A stretch of 64,000 bases of DNA from an uncultured Leptospirales bacterium. Its GTDB lineage: Bacteria > Spirochaetota > UBA4802 > JAFGDQ01. The DNA lies in assembly GCA_964626055.1 (NCBI GenBank), contig CAZVDF010000005.1, forward strand, positions 6,057 to 70,056, given 5' to 3'. This document shows, one piece after another, positions 1 to 10,705 of the stretch. Below the pieces are notes generated by a model. That model was not told where the DNA came from. It did not search any database and saw only the letters and a program-made list of their open reading frames with translations. Every line of letters begins with the position of its first letter. Position 1 is the stretch's first letter. A program made the position numbers and the translations under genes.

Positions 1-1277
1 AGGTTAATTTTGACGTAAGGCCGGGCAGCAAGGAAGGATTGATGAATCTTATCGTTGACGTTGAAGAGCAGCCGAGCGGTACGATCTCGCTCGGAGGCGG
101 ATACGGCACTCAGTCTGGTTTTTCAATATTCGGCGATATTGCCGAAAACAATCTTATGGGCAACGGCCAGAGGATTGGGCTCAGGCTCCAGTATGGGCCG
201 ACCCAGACCGATATCACGCTGAGCTTTCAGGAGCCGTGGCTTCTGGATAAATATCCGCTCGGATTTTCGACCAGTATTTTTTACAGATTATATACGATTG
301 AAACCGACTCAATGTTCAGCAATACCAATGAGGACGCCGAGTACCAGCTGCAGAAGATCGGTTATACGCTCGGCCTGCATTACCAGTTATTTATATATTA
401 TACGATTGGAGTGATATGGACCCACGCATTTAAAACCACGTTGAATCCGTCCGGGAACAGCACGGACGAAATATTTCTTGAGGAATCATACGGCCGGCAG
501 ACTACCAGGGCAATAGGCTATTACATAGCGCGCAACACAAAAGACAATTATCTCAATCCCACAAGAGGGACTTTCGCAAAGATCAGAGTCGATTTTACGG
601 GCGGCACAGTACTTCGCGGCGATGATCATTTTATTACATATACGCCTGAAACATACGCGTATTTTTCCCCTTTTAATCTTCCTTTTCTTAAGACTCATCC
701 GTGCGTAATTGAAATCAGGGCGAACGGCACGTTCAACTCGGCTCCTTTTGATAAGGATAAGCTTGAAAAAATAAAGCCTCAAAGCAAGAACGCATGGCTT
801 GAGACGGAAGACATGCTTTATCTGGGCGGCGCCGAGACATTGAGAGGCTGGGAGCCGTATGACGACATGTTTCCCAAGTCATGGCAGAACAGGCTGTATC
901 ATCGGATAACGTACGGCGCCGAGTTCAGGGTCCCCGTACATCCGCAAATGCTCTGGCTGGTGCTTTTTTTCGATGCAGGCTCGTTATGGACAGACAAATT
1001 CTGGGAAAAATCAAGGAAGGAAAAGAGTGAGCTCAGAGATATAAAAAACGATAAAGCCAGTAAGCAACTGTATGATATAAGGGATTTCTTTGAAGCGGAT
1101 AAAATGAATTATTTTAAATATTCGTGGGGATTCGGATTCAAGATACAGATCCCAATGATGCCGCTCAGGTTCTGGTTCGGAAGGAAAGTGGAATGGGTCG
1201 GAAAAGACAGGGGATTTTTCCGTGAATTGAACCAGGATTTTAATTTCCAGTTCTCTATCGGGGATTTCAGGTTTTAA
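1..1277 (+). CDS. bamA: Outer membrane protein assembly factor BamA, C-terminal beta-barrel portion (5' partial; the frame is open back to the window start)
   Basis: Translation VDVEEQPSGTISLGGGYGTQSGF... matches the start of the Omp85 barrel and ends in an aromatic-rich C-terminus (FSIGDFRF). skp/lpxD/lpxA lie directly downstream, the canonical context. Confidence 0.8.
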   Translation, partial: VNFDVRPGSKEGLMNLIVDVEEQPSGTISLGGGYGTQSGFSIFGDIAENNLMGNGQRIGLRLQYGPTQTDITLSFQEPWLLDKYPLGFSTSIFYRLYTIETDSMFSNTNEDAEYQLQKIGYTLGLHYQLFIYYTIGVIWTHAFKTTLNPSGNSTDEIFLEESYGRQTTRAIGYYIARNTKDNYLNPTRGTFAKIRVDFTGGTVLRGDDHFITYTPETYAYFSPFNLPFLKTHPCVIEIRANGTFNSAPFDKDKLEKIKPQSKNAWLETEDMLYLGGAETLRGWEPYDDMFPKSWQNRLYHRITYGAEFRVPVHPQMLWLVLFFDAGSLWTDKFWEKSRKEKSELRDIKNDKASKQLYDIRDFFEADKMNYFKYSWGFGFKIQIPMMPLRFWFGRKVEWVGKDRGFFRELNQDFNFQFSIGDFRF

Positions 1278-1280
1278 AAA

Positions 1281-1784
1281 ATGAAATATTTTATTTGTTT
1301 AATATTTCTTTGCATTTTGTCCTGTTCTACTATAGGCGAGAAAAAAGAAAGCGATGTGACCGGGAACCCAGCAGGCAAATTGCGTTATGTTAATCTTAAT
1401 ATAATATTCGAGTATTTGAGCGGCAGGGATATTGAAGCAAGAGAGCTTAAAAAACGCAGAGAGGATATTACGCGGAAAATCGATGATATATCCGCAAAGA
1501 TGGAAAATTTGACCGGAGAAAAGAATAAAAATGAGCTTGCGGAAAAGCATAAACAGTACAGATCCGACCTGGCAAAGATTAAAGCCGATGAAGAACTTTT
1601 AAAAAGCAGGATATACGGACGTATAGACAGGGCGCTGGAAAGCATTGCAAAGAGATCGGATATCGATTTTATTTTCAGTATCGGCGAGGGCGCGGTTTAT
1701 GCCAAAAAGGAATACGATATGACGGAAGAACTGCTGAGAGAAATTTTAAAACAGGCGGAAAGAAGCGTTCCTGTTGTACGGTAA
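1281..1784 (+). CDS. skp: Periplasmic chaperone Skp/OmpH family
   Basis: 167 aa with a signal peptide and a charged coiled-coil-rich body. It sits between bamA and lpxD. Confidence 0.65.
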   Translation: MKYFICLIFLCILSCSTIGEKKESDVTGNPAGKLRYVNLNIIFEYLSGRDIEARELKKRREDITRKIDDISAKMENLTGEKNKNELAEKHKQYRSDLAKIKADEELLKSRIYGRIDRALESIAKRSDIDFIFSIGEGAVYAKKEYDMTEELLREILKQAERSVPVVR

Positions 1785-1930
1785 GATATTATATTTAAAG
1801 TCATCTTATAATTTTATATATTTAATCATTCTGTCGATTCTCAAGTGCTATTTTACTTACGAAAGTCAGTCACAATTATTAAATGAAAAATTAAAAAGAG
1901 ATAAACTCTTTACCGGCAGGTACTTATTTT

Positions 1931-2950
1931 ATGAAACTTTCCCATATTGCTCGTTTAATCGGCGGGCAGCATCATGGAGAAGACGTGAATATCGATAGGA
2001 TCGGCAGCCTGGATGCCGATTTTAAAAATGCAATACTTTACGTAGAAAATGCAAAATATCTCGCGAAAGCAATGTCAAAAAATCCATGCGCTCTTGTAAT
2101 TCCCGGAGGGCTTGACACCGGGGGCGTACCATTTATTGAAGTTGAAGATCCGAAGCTTGCTTTTATCAAACTGCTTGAAATATTCAATCCCGAAAGTGTA
2201 AAACCTGAAAAATCTTATATAGATGAACACGCGGTAATCGGCAGGAAGGTTCATTTGCATTCCGACATTACGGTTATGGCCGGTGCAGTTATAATGGACG
2301 GCGTCAGAATTGAGGCAGGCAGCGTCATATTCCCGAATTGCGTTCTTGAAAATGACTGTGCTGTCGGTGCAGGCACGGTGCTTTATTCGGGCGTTATTGT
2401 TAGAGAAAGATGCGTCATCGGAAATAAATGCATTATTCATCCCGGTACAGTCATCGGCGCGGACGGATACGGATACTATGAAAAGGGTGATAAGATATTC
2501 AAGATACCGCAGATCGGCATTGTGAAGTTAGGCGACAGGGTCGAAATAGGAGCCAACTGCACTATCGACAGAGCGACGGTGGATAAGACTGAGATAGGGA
2601 ATGACACAAAAATTGACAATATGGTGCATATCGCGCATAATGTCAGGATCGGCGAGAGATGCATAATTACCGCGCAGGCAGGAATTTCTGGATCCGTTAC
2701 GGTAGGCAATCATGTTATTATCCTCGGCCAGGCAGGCATTTCGGATCATATTACAATTGCTGACAATACAATCATAATGCCGCAGAGCGGAATTCATAAT
2801 GACATAAAGAAGAGCGATGTTGTATTCGGAACCCCGGCCAGGCCCGTTAAAGAGCATCACAGGATTCACGCAGCGCTTAAATATCTGCCGGATATTTTGA
2901 AAAGATTGAAACATCTTGAAGATATTATTGGGAAAAAACCTGAAAAATAA
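1931..2950 (+). CDS. lpxD: UDP-3-O-acylglucosamine N-acyltransferase
   Basis: 339 aa with extensive left-handed beta-helix hexapeptide repeats (VIGxxVxIG...). Its position next to lpxA supports the call. Confidence 0.85.
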   Translation: MKLSHIARLIGGQHHGEDVNIDRIGSLDADFKNAILYVENAKYLAKAMSKNPCALVIPGGLDTGGVPFIEVEDPKLAFIKLLEIFNPESVKPEKSYIDEHAVIGRKVHLHSDITVMAGAVIMDGVRIEAGSVIFPNCVLENDCAVGAGTVLYSGVIVRERCVIGNKCIIHPGTVIGADGYGYYEKGDKIFKIPQIGIVKLGDRVEIGANCTIDRATVDKTEIGNDTKIDNMVHIAHNVRIGERCIITAQAGISGSVTVGNHVIILGQAGISDHITIADNTIIMPQSGIHNDIKKSDVVFGTPARPVKEHHRIHAALKYLPDILKRLKHLEDIIGKKPEK

Positions 2951-3012
2951 TAAAAGACAATGCAATGTGCGACTTTTTTTGCAGGATAAAATAGAACGGA
3001 GAATAATTCGGG

Positions 3013-3789
3013 ATGAAGGATGGATTGATTCATAAAACCGCTATTATCGAAGGTAATGTTTCCATTGGGAGTAATGTTAAGGTCGGTCCTTATGCGTATT
3101 TGTCCGGGGACATCAGGATAGGAGATGACACAGAGATCGGACATTGCGTCCAGATAGAAGGCGATGTTAAAATCGGGAATGGCAATAAAATAGGCCATAG
3201 CGCCCATATCGGAGCTCCGCCGCAGGATGTAGCGTATAACGGGAGGAAGTCGTTTGTCATTATAGGCAATAACAATATTATCCGGGAGTTCGTGCAGATC
3301 CACAGGGGAACAAAAGAAGGCACTTCTACCGAGCTCGGCAGCGATTGCTTTTTGATGGGCGGAGTGCATCTTGCGCACAATACAAAAGTCGGCAACAATG
3401 TTATTATTGCAAACAATACATTGCTTGGGGGATATGTCGAGATAGGCGATTTCGCTTTTGTATCCGGATTATGCGGATTTCATCAGTTCGTGAGGGTTGG
3501 CAGGTATGCTATGATAGGCGGCCTTGCAAGGATAAGCAAGGATTGTCTTCCTTTCATGATCACCGAAGGAAGCCCTGCAAGGACTATCGGGCCTAATGTT
3601 GTCGGCTTAAGAAGACGGGAATTTACCCTCGAAAGACGGCAATCCATTAAAGAGGCGTACAGGATATTATTCAGATCCAGGCTCAATGTTTCTCAGGCAG
3701 TAGAAGAATTAAATAAAATTAAAAATAACATAGACATTGAAGAAATGATCGGGTTTATAAAATCCTCCGAACGGGGTATTATAAAGTAA
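3013..3789 (+). CDS. lpxA: Acyl-ACP--UDP-N-acetylglucosamine O-acyltransferase
   Basis: 258 aa with an N-terminal hexapeptide beta-helix and a C-terminal helical domain, the length and architecture typical of LpxA. Confidence 0.85.
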   Translation: MKDGLIHKTAIIEGNVSIGSNVKVGPYAYLSGDIRIGDDTEIGHCVQIEGDVKIGNGNKIGHSAHIGAPPQDVAYNGRKSFVIIGNNNIIREFVQIHRGTKEGTSTELGSDCFLMGGVHLAHNTKVGNNVIIANNTLLGGYVEIGDFAFVSGLCGFHQFVRVGRYAMIGGLARISKDCLPFMITEGSPARTIGPNVVGLRRREFTLERRQSIKEAYRILFRSRLNVSQAVEELNKIKNNIDIEEMIGFIKSSERGIIK

Positions 3790-3829
3790 ACGTCGAATTC
3801 CCTGAAATGAACATACAGGATATTTAAAC

Positions 3830-4546
3830 ATGAGAACAATTATTGGCAAAAGAATAATTCCGGTTTTTATATTTTTCTTTTTTTTATTTTTACTGCCCGT
3901 CCCTGGCTCTGAATCAAAAGATAAAATAGAATCCCGAATAAAGAAGCTGTTTTCAGTCTATCAGGGTAAGTATATAATTTATGTAAATAAAAATAATTTT
4001 ATGATGCACGTTTATAACAGAGATATGACCATAGCCAGGAGCTATAAAATAGGATATGGTTTGAATCCGGATAAAAAGGCAAAATTGTATGCCGGGGACA
4101 GCCGCACGCCTGAAGGTGTTTATAAAGTCACGGAAATTTTAAGCCTGGATGCGGATAAAAAATCAGCGGCATATAGGAAATTGCGTGATATGAACAGCGT
4201 ATATTTTAAAGCCAGGGAAGGTCATTACAGGTTCAGCCGTGCGGATGTAGACCTGGGTTACAACGCATACGGTCCTCGTTTTTTCAGAATCGATTATCCT
4301 AATCCCGAAGATGTTAAAAGATATAATGAAGCTCTTACAAAAAAAATGATCCCGAAATACAGGGGAAAGATTCAGTCAGTCGGATCGGGGATTGCCATCC
4401 ACGGGACCTGTGACGAACCTTCAATCGGGCAGCTTGCGTCAAGCGGATGTATAAGAATGCGTAATAGAGATATTGTCACACTGGATAAGTACATCGGAAT
4501 GGGTATTCCTGTAATTATTTCCGGAGATCCAACATTAAAAGATTGA
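3830..4546 (+). CDS. L,D-transpeptidase (YkuD domain) lipoprotein or secreted protein
   Basis: Signal peptide. The motif IHGTCDEPSIGQLASSGCIRM matches the catalytic H...S.GC[IV]R signature. Confidence 0.75.
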   Translation: MRTIIGKRIIPVFIFFFFLFLLPVPGSESKDKIESRIKKLFSVYQGKYIIYVNKNNFMMHVYNRDMTIARSYKIGYGLNPDKKAKLYAGDSRTPEGVYKVTEILSLDADKKSAAYRKLRDMNSVYFKAREGHYRFSRADVDLGYNAYGPRFFRIDYPNPEDVKRYNEALTKKMIPKYRGKIQSVGSGIAIHGTCDEPSIGQLASSGCIRMRNRDIVTLDKYIGMGIPVIISGDPTLKD

Positions 4547-4602
4547 CATATTTATTTTATTTTTAAAAATTTCATATATTAAAAAATTTTCGGAGGACAA
4601 AA

Positions 4603-4926
4603 TTGTTAAATTTAATTTCAAATGCTTATGCTCAGGGCCAGGCAGCTCCTGCAGGACAGTCGGGCGGCGGTCTTACCATGCTTATTTTACCGGCTGCAAT
4701 ACTGATAATATTTTATTTCCTGCTCATCAGACCTAACCAGAAAAAAGAAAAAGACAGGAAAAAGATGATTGAGGCCCTTCAGAAAGGGGATAAGGTATTA
4801 ACAAGCGGCGGAATCTACGGTGTGGTTGTTAATATTAAAAAAGAGGAAGATATTGTTGTCCTCAAGATTGCTGACGGAGCCAAAGTCGATTTTGCCAGGT
4901 CTGCAATTCAGGTCAGGCTTCCATAA
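4603..4926 (+). CDS. yajC: Preprotein translocase subunit YajC
   Basis: 107 aa with a single TM and RPNQKKEKDRKKMIEALQKGDKVLTSGGIYG, which is YajC-like. It lies upstream of secDF. Confidence 0.8.
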   Translation: MLNLISNAYAQGQAAPAGQSGGGLTMLILPAAILIIFYFLLIRPNQKKEKDRKKMIEALQKGDKVLTSGGIYGVVVNIKKEEDIVVLKIADGAKVDFARSAIQVRLP

Positions 4927-5025
4927 TACTGATTTAATGAATTAATATTTTTTGTGAATTTCGATAATTTTTATTTTAAAAATTTTTAATCGGTATGATT
5001 AACAGGCTTCGAATTTACAGTTAAT

Positions 5026-5670
5026 ATGAGAAAAGCGTTTTTAATAGCGATAATCTTTTTTTTATTTTTTATTTCAGGTAGTTTATCCGGGCAGCAGAAT
5101 AGCGTCAGTCCCGGGAATTCTTCTAAAGCCGAATCTATAACTGAAGATCCAAAACCGGTAAATAATAATATTCAGGGTACCGTTCCGAATATCCCGGATA
5201 ATAATAAGAAAGATGACGCGGATCCTGCAAAAAAAATTCAGGATATGCAGAATGAAGATGAAGCAGAAGATGCTAAAAGCGCTGTCAAGATCCATACTGA
5301 TAATAAAAAAGCGGAGCAAAAACCGTCAGCCATTATTAAACCTCCGCCTGAAAAATCGATAATCGGCAATGGCCTTATCGAGGTCAATGAGGGGGATTTT
5401 AAATATAAAAGGATCCCGGGCATCTCACTAAATACCGAAAAACCTGTTGATAGATCTGTGACAGGGAAGTACCCGGAAGGTAGTAATAGTGAGGCAAAGG
5501 ATTTATCGGAACCTGATGATAAAAAGGAAAAAAGGCTTTTTGGAATAAAAAAAAGCACAGCTGTTATAATTTTAATGATAGTGCTGATTGGAATAATAAT
5601 AGTTTTTAAAATCAGATCAAAAACCATGGGCGGCAAAAACGTCCTTAAAAGATTCCCTGGTATGAAATAA
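5026..5670 (+). CDS. Hypothetical secreted, low-complexity protein with a C-terminal TM anchor
   Basis: Signal peptide, an acidic and Pro/Lys-rich body, and a C-terminal hydrophobic helix (AVIILMIVLIGIIIVF). No recognisable domain. Confidence 0.4.
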   Translation: MRKAFLIAIIFFLFFISGSLSGQQNSVSPGNSSKAESITEDPKPVNNNIQGTVPNIPDNNKKDDADPAKKIQDMQNEDEAEDAKSAVKIHTDNKKAEQKPSAIIKPPPEKSIIGNGLIEVNEGDFKYKRIPGISLNTEKPVDRSVTGKYPEGSNSEAKDLSEPDDKKEKRLFGIKKSTAVIILMIVLIGIIIVFKIRSKTMGGKNVLKRFPGMK

Positions 5671-5737
5671 TGAAAAATGTTTGAATAAGGATGCGGGATT
5701 TTTGCCGTTGCTGTTGAATGAATGCTTCAACCATGGG

Positions 5738-5768
5738 AAAGACGCATCCCGATGCGTCTTTATTTTTG
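5738..5768 (+). terminator. Rho-independent terminator hairpin after the 5026-5670 gene
   Basis: aaagacgcatc-ccg-gatgcgtcttt stem followed by tattttt. Confidence 0.5.
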
Positions 5769-5811
5769 GCTTTTATCGAGATTTTGCTGATATGATACAA
5801 ATGAGGAAAAG

Positions 5812-7623
5812 ATGAATAAAGGAATGCTTTATAAGGGAATATTTATTTTAATAATAATAATTTTCGCGGTCATATTGGTTTTGCCGAGTGTCGGCAGTAA
5901 AAAATTGGAGATAATTCTTTCAGATGATGCCGCTTCACAGGCGACTCAGGAAATTCTGAACCGTTTTTCCGCGGACAAATACGATATTGTTAGATCATCC
6001 GGTAAAATTACAATAGAAGCGTCCGGTCTGAAGATTACGGATGCGGTTATGAACGAAGTGAAGACATTTAAAGGCGTAAAAGACGTAAAAATCCTTCCGC
6101 ACTGGGCTGAAAAGGCCGTCCTCGCGAAAAAAATCACATTCGGACTTGACCTGCAGGGCGGGATGGACCTTGTAATGATGGCCAACTTTGAAAAGATCAA
6201 AAAGCAGTACACCCATGAAAGAGATCAACTGCTTGAAAAGAAGAAATCCCTTGAGGCTAGTTTAACCGAAAAGGACAAAATCGATAAAGAAGCGGTTAAA
6301 AAGGAAATAAAAGAAACTGATTATTCTTTAAAAGATATTAATGACAACAGGCTGGACGAAAAAGGAGAATTAAGGGACCATTTCAAGGATGAGATCACCA
6401 AGCAGGCGCTTGAAATGCTTCGCAACAGGGTTGATAAATTCGGCGTAGCGGAGCCTTCGATTCTTCAAAGAGGAAGCGAGCAGATTGAAATACAGCTCCC
6501 CGGAGTAAAGGATCCTGCAGCCGTTAAAAATCTTATTGGAACTACCGGTGCCGTGCAGTACAGGCTTGTCGATGACGCGTTTACTGCTAAGACCGCGGGC
6601 TGGCTTGCGGCGAATTATAAAGAAAAGAATCTGCCGGAAACAGCAGACGCCCAGGATGTCTTATTGTCACAAATTTCAAAGGGGATCAATCTTCCGAAAA
6701 ATCTTGAGCTAATATTTCTGTATAATAGAAATGAAAAAACCAAAAAGATCTTTCCTGCCGATATAATGGCGCTTAACAGGACAGTCGCGTTATCGGGCAA
6801 TGATATTAATAAGGCGTATGTGGGTCACGATGAATATGGGGCATTCATTGTGCAGTTTACAACCACAACGGAAGGAGCTTCCAAGTTCGCGAAAGTCACG
6901 GCGTCGGAAAACAAAGGCAAAAGACTTGCCATTATTATTGATAACAAGATCCGGAGCGCTCCGAGAATAAACGATCCTATTGTAACCGGCAGTGCGCAGA
7001 TAACCGGCGATTTTACGGCAGATGAAGTTAACGCCCTTGCCAGGATCATCCAGGAAGGAGCCCTGCCGGTTGACCTGACCATAGTTCAGGAAACGACGGT
7101 TGGCCCCACTCTCGGGCAGGATTCAATCGAAGCGGGAATATGGGCTGTTATTGTCGGATTGTGTGCAATAATGATATTTATGCTTTTTTACTACAAGACT
7201 TCCGGCTTAATAGCGAATCTCGGCCTGGTATTGAATACAATATTTACCCTTGCTTTACTGTCATGGCTGGGATTCACGCTTTCCTTGCCCGGTATTGCCG
7301 GCCTTTTGCTTAACGTCGGCATGGCTGTAGACTCCAATGTCATCATTTACGAAAGAATGAAAGAGGAAGTCCAGTTCGGCAAGTCGGTAAAAATGGTCAT
7401 CAGTACCGGCTTTGCAAGGGCATTCTGGGCGATTTTCGATGCCAATCTCACTACTCTTATAGCTGCATTTGTTCTTTTTCAGTACGGTTCCGGGCCTATT
7501 AAGGGTTTCGCGGTAACACTCGCTGTAGGGGTTGTTTCGACAATGTTTGTCGCTCTATTTATCACAAAGTATGTGTATGAAGTCATCGGTTCCAAAAAAG
7601 ATATTAAAAAGCTAAGCATATAA
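5812..7623 (+). CDS. secD: Protein translocase subunit SecD
   Basis: 603 aa with a large periplasmic domain and a C-terminal six-TM bundle of SecD type. secF follows immediately. Confidence 0.9.
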   Translation: MNKGMLYKGIFILIIIIFAVILVLPSVGSKKLEIILSDDAASQATQEILNRFSADKYDIVRSSGKITIEASGLKITDAVMNEVKTFKGVKDVKILPHWAEKAVLAKKITFGLDLQGGMDLVMMANFEKIKKQYTHERDQLLEKKKSLEASLTEKDKIDKEAVKKEIKETDYSLKDINDNRLDEKGELRDHFKDEITKQALEMLRNRVDKFGVAEPSILQRGSEQIEIQLPGVKDPAAVKNLIGTTGAVQYRLVDDAFTAKTAGWLAANYKEKNLPETADAQDVLLSQISKGINLPKNLELIFLYNRNEKTKKIFPADIMALNRTVALSGNDINKAYVGHDEYGAFIVQFTTTTEGASKFAKVTASENKGKRLAIIIDNKIRSAPRINDPIVTGSAQITGDFTADEVNALARIIQEGALPVDLTIVQETTVGPTLGQDSIEAGIWAVIVGLCAIMIFMLFYYKTSGLIANLGLVLNTIFTLALLSWLGFTLSLPGIAGLLLNVGMAVDSNVIIYERMKEEVQFGKSVKMVISTGFARAFWAIFDANLTTLIAAFVLFQYGSGPIKGFAVTLAVGVVSTMFVALFITKYVYEVIGSKKDIKKLSI

Positions 7624-7633
7624 GGAGTATACC

Positions 7634-8530
7634 TTGGAAAAAATAATAGATTTTTTAAAATATAGATTTTTCGCGATCGGAATTTCCCTTGCATTATTAT
7701 TAATTTTTTCGTTTGTAACTTACATATACGGCGGATTCAACTGGGGCATCGATTTTAACGGCGGCGTTAAGACAATAGTGAAATTCGAGAAAAGCGTTGA
7801 TATTTCGAAAATCAGAGGCGTTTTGACCCAGAATAAGATCAGCGCGACTGTGCAGCAGATCGGTAAAGAAGAACAAAATAGCTACGTGATTGGGATCAAG
7901 CTTCTGGGCGAAGGCGAGACTTCCGAGAAAAGTTATCAGATGGTTAAAAGCGTCCTGGACAAAAGCTTTAAAAAAATTGAAGTTGTCAGCATTGAAACTG
8001 TCGGGCCTGCAATCGGGGCTTATTTAAGAAAATCCGGTATCCGGGCTACGATAATTGCTCTTCTGCTTATCATGATTTATCTCGCCTTCAGGTTCGAAAT
8101 TAAATACGCTGTAGGAGCAATAGCGGCGCTTGCGCACGATATTTTTCTTTCAGTGGCCTTTATCGGTTTTATGCAAATTGAATTCGATACTCCTGTCCTG
8201 GCAGCCATTCTTACACTGGCGGGATATTCCGTCAATGACACGATAGTCATTTTCGACAGAATAAGAGAAAATAAAAATATTGAATCAAAAGAGACTTTCG
8301 GGGAAGTAATTAATAAATCCGTAAGTCAGACGCTTACCCGGACGATACTTACATCGCTTCTGACCTTATTTGCAGTTATTGCTCTCTTTTTCCTCGGCGG
8401 GGAAACGCTGCACAGCTTTTCACAGGTTTTAATATTCGGTTTTATAATTGGATGTTATTCCACTATTTATATAGCATCTCCGGTAGTTCTCTGGTGGGAG
8501 AAATTAACCGCTAAAAAGATTAAATTGTGA
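7634..8530 (+). CDS. secF: Protein translocase subunit SecF
   Basis: 298 aa. Its TM pattern and conserved stretches are paralogous to the SecD C-terminus (VNDTIVIFDRIRE). Confidence 0.9.
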   Translation: MEKIIDFLKYRFFAIGISLALLLIFSFVTYIYGGFNWGIDFNGGVKTIVKFEKSVDISKIRGVLTQNKISATVQQIGKEEQNSYVIGIKLLGEGETSEKSYQMVKSVLDKSFKKIEVVSIETVGPAIGAYLRKSGIRATIIALLLIMIYLAFRFEIKYAVGAIAALAHDIFLSVAFIGFMQIEFDTPVLAAILTLAGYSVNDTIVIFDRIRENKNIESKETFGEVINKSVSQTLTRTILTSLLTLFAVIALFFLGGETLHSFSQVLIFGFIIGCYSTIYIASPVVLWWEKLTAKKIKL

Positions 8531-9468
8531 TATTTTATATAAGAAAAATTTTTTTTATACTTATATTTTTATTACTGTTCTTTCATACCGCTGTTTATCC
8601 GGACAAGAAGCAAAATATTCATGCATCCATCGATAACGCTTACAGCGCGGATAATATTCTCGGATTTGCGAAGAGCTTAATTTCCCAAAACGAGCACTAC
8701 AGGGCTTTAGTCGAATTAAAAAGGCTCGATTCGTACTATCCGGGATTCATTAACAAAGATATTATTATTACGACTGAGTTTTTTCTGCTGTTTAAAGGCG
8801 GCAGGTATTCTGATATCAAATCATCAGAATTGCGATATCCTTCCCGGAATTTAAAAGCAATTCACAATATTTTCAGAACAGATGTTTTTATTGAGGAAAA
8901 TGATTTTGTGAATGCCGATCTGATTGCCATGTCCGAAAGAATTTCAGGCATTAATAAAGATATTGATTTATTTTTATATAAAAGGACAATACTTTCATAT
9001 CTGCTTTTAAAAAAAATTGAGGAAGCCAGACGCGCAATCGATGATAGAAAAACAGATATGCCCGGACCGGGCCATGGCGAATTAAGGGAACTTATAGAAT
9101 ACAGCGAGAATTGCTTCGGGTATTTAAAAAGACCTTATTGTGCAATGGCTTTCGGAGCAATACCCGGAATGGGTTATGTTTATGCCGATAAGACCGCAAC
9201 AGGCATAATAGCGTTTCTGCTTGTTTCAGCTTTATCTGCGCTTACATATTACTCTTTCAAAACGGACAGCAAACCTGTAGGTGTGTTTGTCGGCACAGCG
9301 GCGACATTTTTTTACGGCGGCAGTATTATAGGCGGTTATCTGGCCGCGAAGAATTATAATGATACGGTCATAAATGATTTGAAAAATTCTCTATGCGGGA
9401 GAATGCATTTAGCCGGGGACAGAGAGGAAATATATAGTACTTATGGCATCGGTAATCTCGGAAAATAA
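8527..9468 (+). CDS. Hypothetical membrane protein
   Basis: N-terminal signal/TM and C-terminal hydrophobic helices. No recognised domain. Confidence 0.4.
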   Translation: MIFYIRKIFFILIFLLLFFHTAVYPDKKQNIHASIDNAYSADNILGFAKSLISQNEHYRALVELKRLDSYYPGFINKDIIITTEFFLLFKGGRYSDIKSSELRYPSRNLKAIHNIFRTDVFIEENDFVNADLIAMSERISGINKDIDLFLYKRTILSYLLLKKIEEARRAIDDRKTDMPGPGHGELRELIEYSENCFGYLKRPYCAMAFGAIPGMGYVYADKTATGIIAFLLVSALSALTYYSFKTDSKPVGVFVGTAATFFYGGSIIGGYLAAKNYNDTVINDLKNSLCGRMHLAGDREEIYSTYGIGNLGK

Positions 9469-10705
9469 CCGGAAGTTCATGGAAATGGCGCTTGAGATCG
9501 GTTTTTCCAGGATGGGCAAAACATCGCCGAATCCTTCTGTGGGTGCCGTTATTGTCAGGAACGGAGAGATAGTATCCACGGGAGGCACATCCCCGTGCGG
9601 GTCCGATCATGCTGAGATATGCGCCATCAAGAATGCGGTCACTGAGCTGGCCGGCGCCGAGATGTATGTTTCTCTCGAACCTTGCTGCCATCACAGCAAG
9701 CGAACGCCTCCCTGCACCGATGCCATCAAGGCATCGAAGATCGGCCGGGTGTATGTTCCGGTGCTCGATCCCAATCCCGAGGTCGCGGGCAGGGGAATAA
9801 GCACTCTGCGTGAAGCAGGAGTCGAAGTAGTCATAATGTCGGACATGTCGGAAAAGGCGTACGACCTCATAAGGCATTTCAGAAAATATTTGTTCAAAAA
9901 GACGCCATATATCATCCATAAGTCTGCGATCAGTCTTGACGGCCGGATAGCAACGAAAACCGGAGATTCGAAGTGGATTTCCTCCGAGTATTCCAGATAC
10001 ATAACTCATAAGCTCAGATCTGTTGTTGATGCCGTGATAGTCGGGAAAAATACCCTTATGATCGATGATCCCGCTTTAAATGTGCGCACTGATTCATTCA
10101 GCGATAATGTCAAGGAATTTTTCCGAAGATCTGATTTTAATACCGCAGGCAGGGAAAGTTTTTTTATCGAAATGCTGTTGAAATCCGCGGAGAATTCGCC
10201 TGCATCTCCTTTACGGGTTGTTGTCGGTGCGCCGGAAAAAATCGATTTTAAAAAAAAGATTTTCGATGACGGGAATTTCGTTCTTTTTATAAATGAATCG
10301 AGAATGGAAAGCCTGTTAAAACAGCACAAAAGCGAAGAAATAAAGAGCCTGGTCAAATCCGGAAATATTGTATTCGTCGGCGGCCATTCAAAAAAAGAAC
10401 GGGTTGATTTAATTTTAAAGGAATTGTATAATCGCGGGAAAATGCTTGTTATGATAGAAGGAGGCGGTGCCGCCGCCGGTTCATTTTTTGATGCCGGCGA
10501 GGTCGATCAGTTTATCTATTTCGTCGCTCCAAGGATACTTGGAGAGGGTACGGCTGTTATTGAAGCGGAAGGGAAACAGACTGTATCCGATTCCAGGACT
10601 CTGTATGATGTCACAACAGTGCTGTTAAAAGAAGACATTTTATATAATGCTTATTCCGAACCCACACTGGGGATTTGCAGGGAAATCGAATGTTTACAGG
10701 ATTGA
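9443..10705 (+). CDS. ribD: Bifunctional riboflavin biosynthesis deaminase/reductase RibD
   Basis: Cytidine-deaminase zinc motif HAE...PCCHHSKRTPPC, then a long RibD-type reductase C-terminal domain. It overlaps the previous ORF by 26 nt. Confidence 0.85.
   Translation: MASVISENNRKFMEMALEIGFSRMGKTSPNPSVGAVIVRNGEIVSTGGTSPCGSDHAEICAIKNAVTELAGAEMYVSLEPCCHHSKRTPPCTDAIKASKIGRVYVPVLDPNPEVAGRGISTLREAGVEVVIMSDMSEKAYDLIRHFRKYLFKKTPYIIHKSAISLDGRIATKTGDSKWISSEYSRYITHKLRSVVDAVIVGKNTLMIDDPALNVRTDSFSDNVKEFFRRSDFNTAGRESFFIEMLLKSAENSPASPLRVVVGAPEKIDFKKKIFDDGNFVLFINESRMESLLKQHKSEEIKSLVKSGNIVFVGGHSKKERVDLILKELYNRGKMLVMIEGGGAAAGSFFDAGEVDQFIYFVAPRILGEGTAVIEAEGKQTVSDSRTLYDVTTVLLKEDILYNAYSEPTLGICREIECLQD

Noticed and set aside
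9368-10009. 213-aa reverse-strand ORF
   Set aside because: It is antisense to ribD, which has strong deaminase/reductase motifs. Other antisense ORFs overlapping well-supported genes are equally likely to be spurious (for example 486-782, 1385-1645, 10611-11156, 17352-17831, 21984-22682, 31837-32445).
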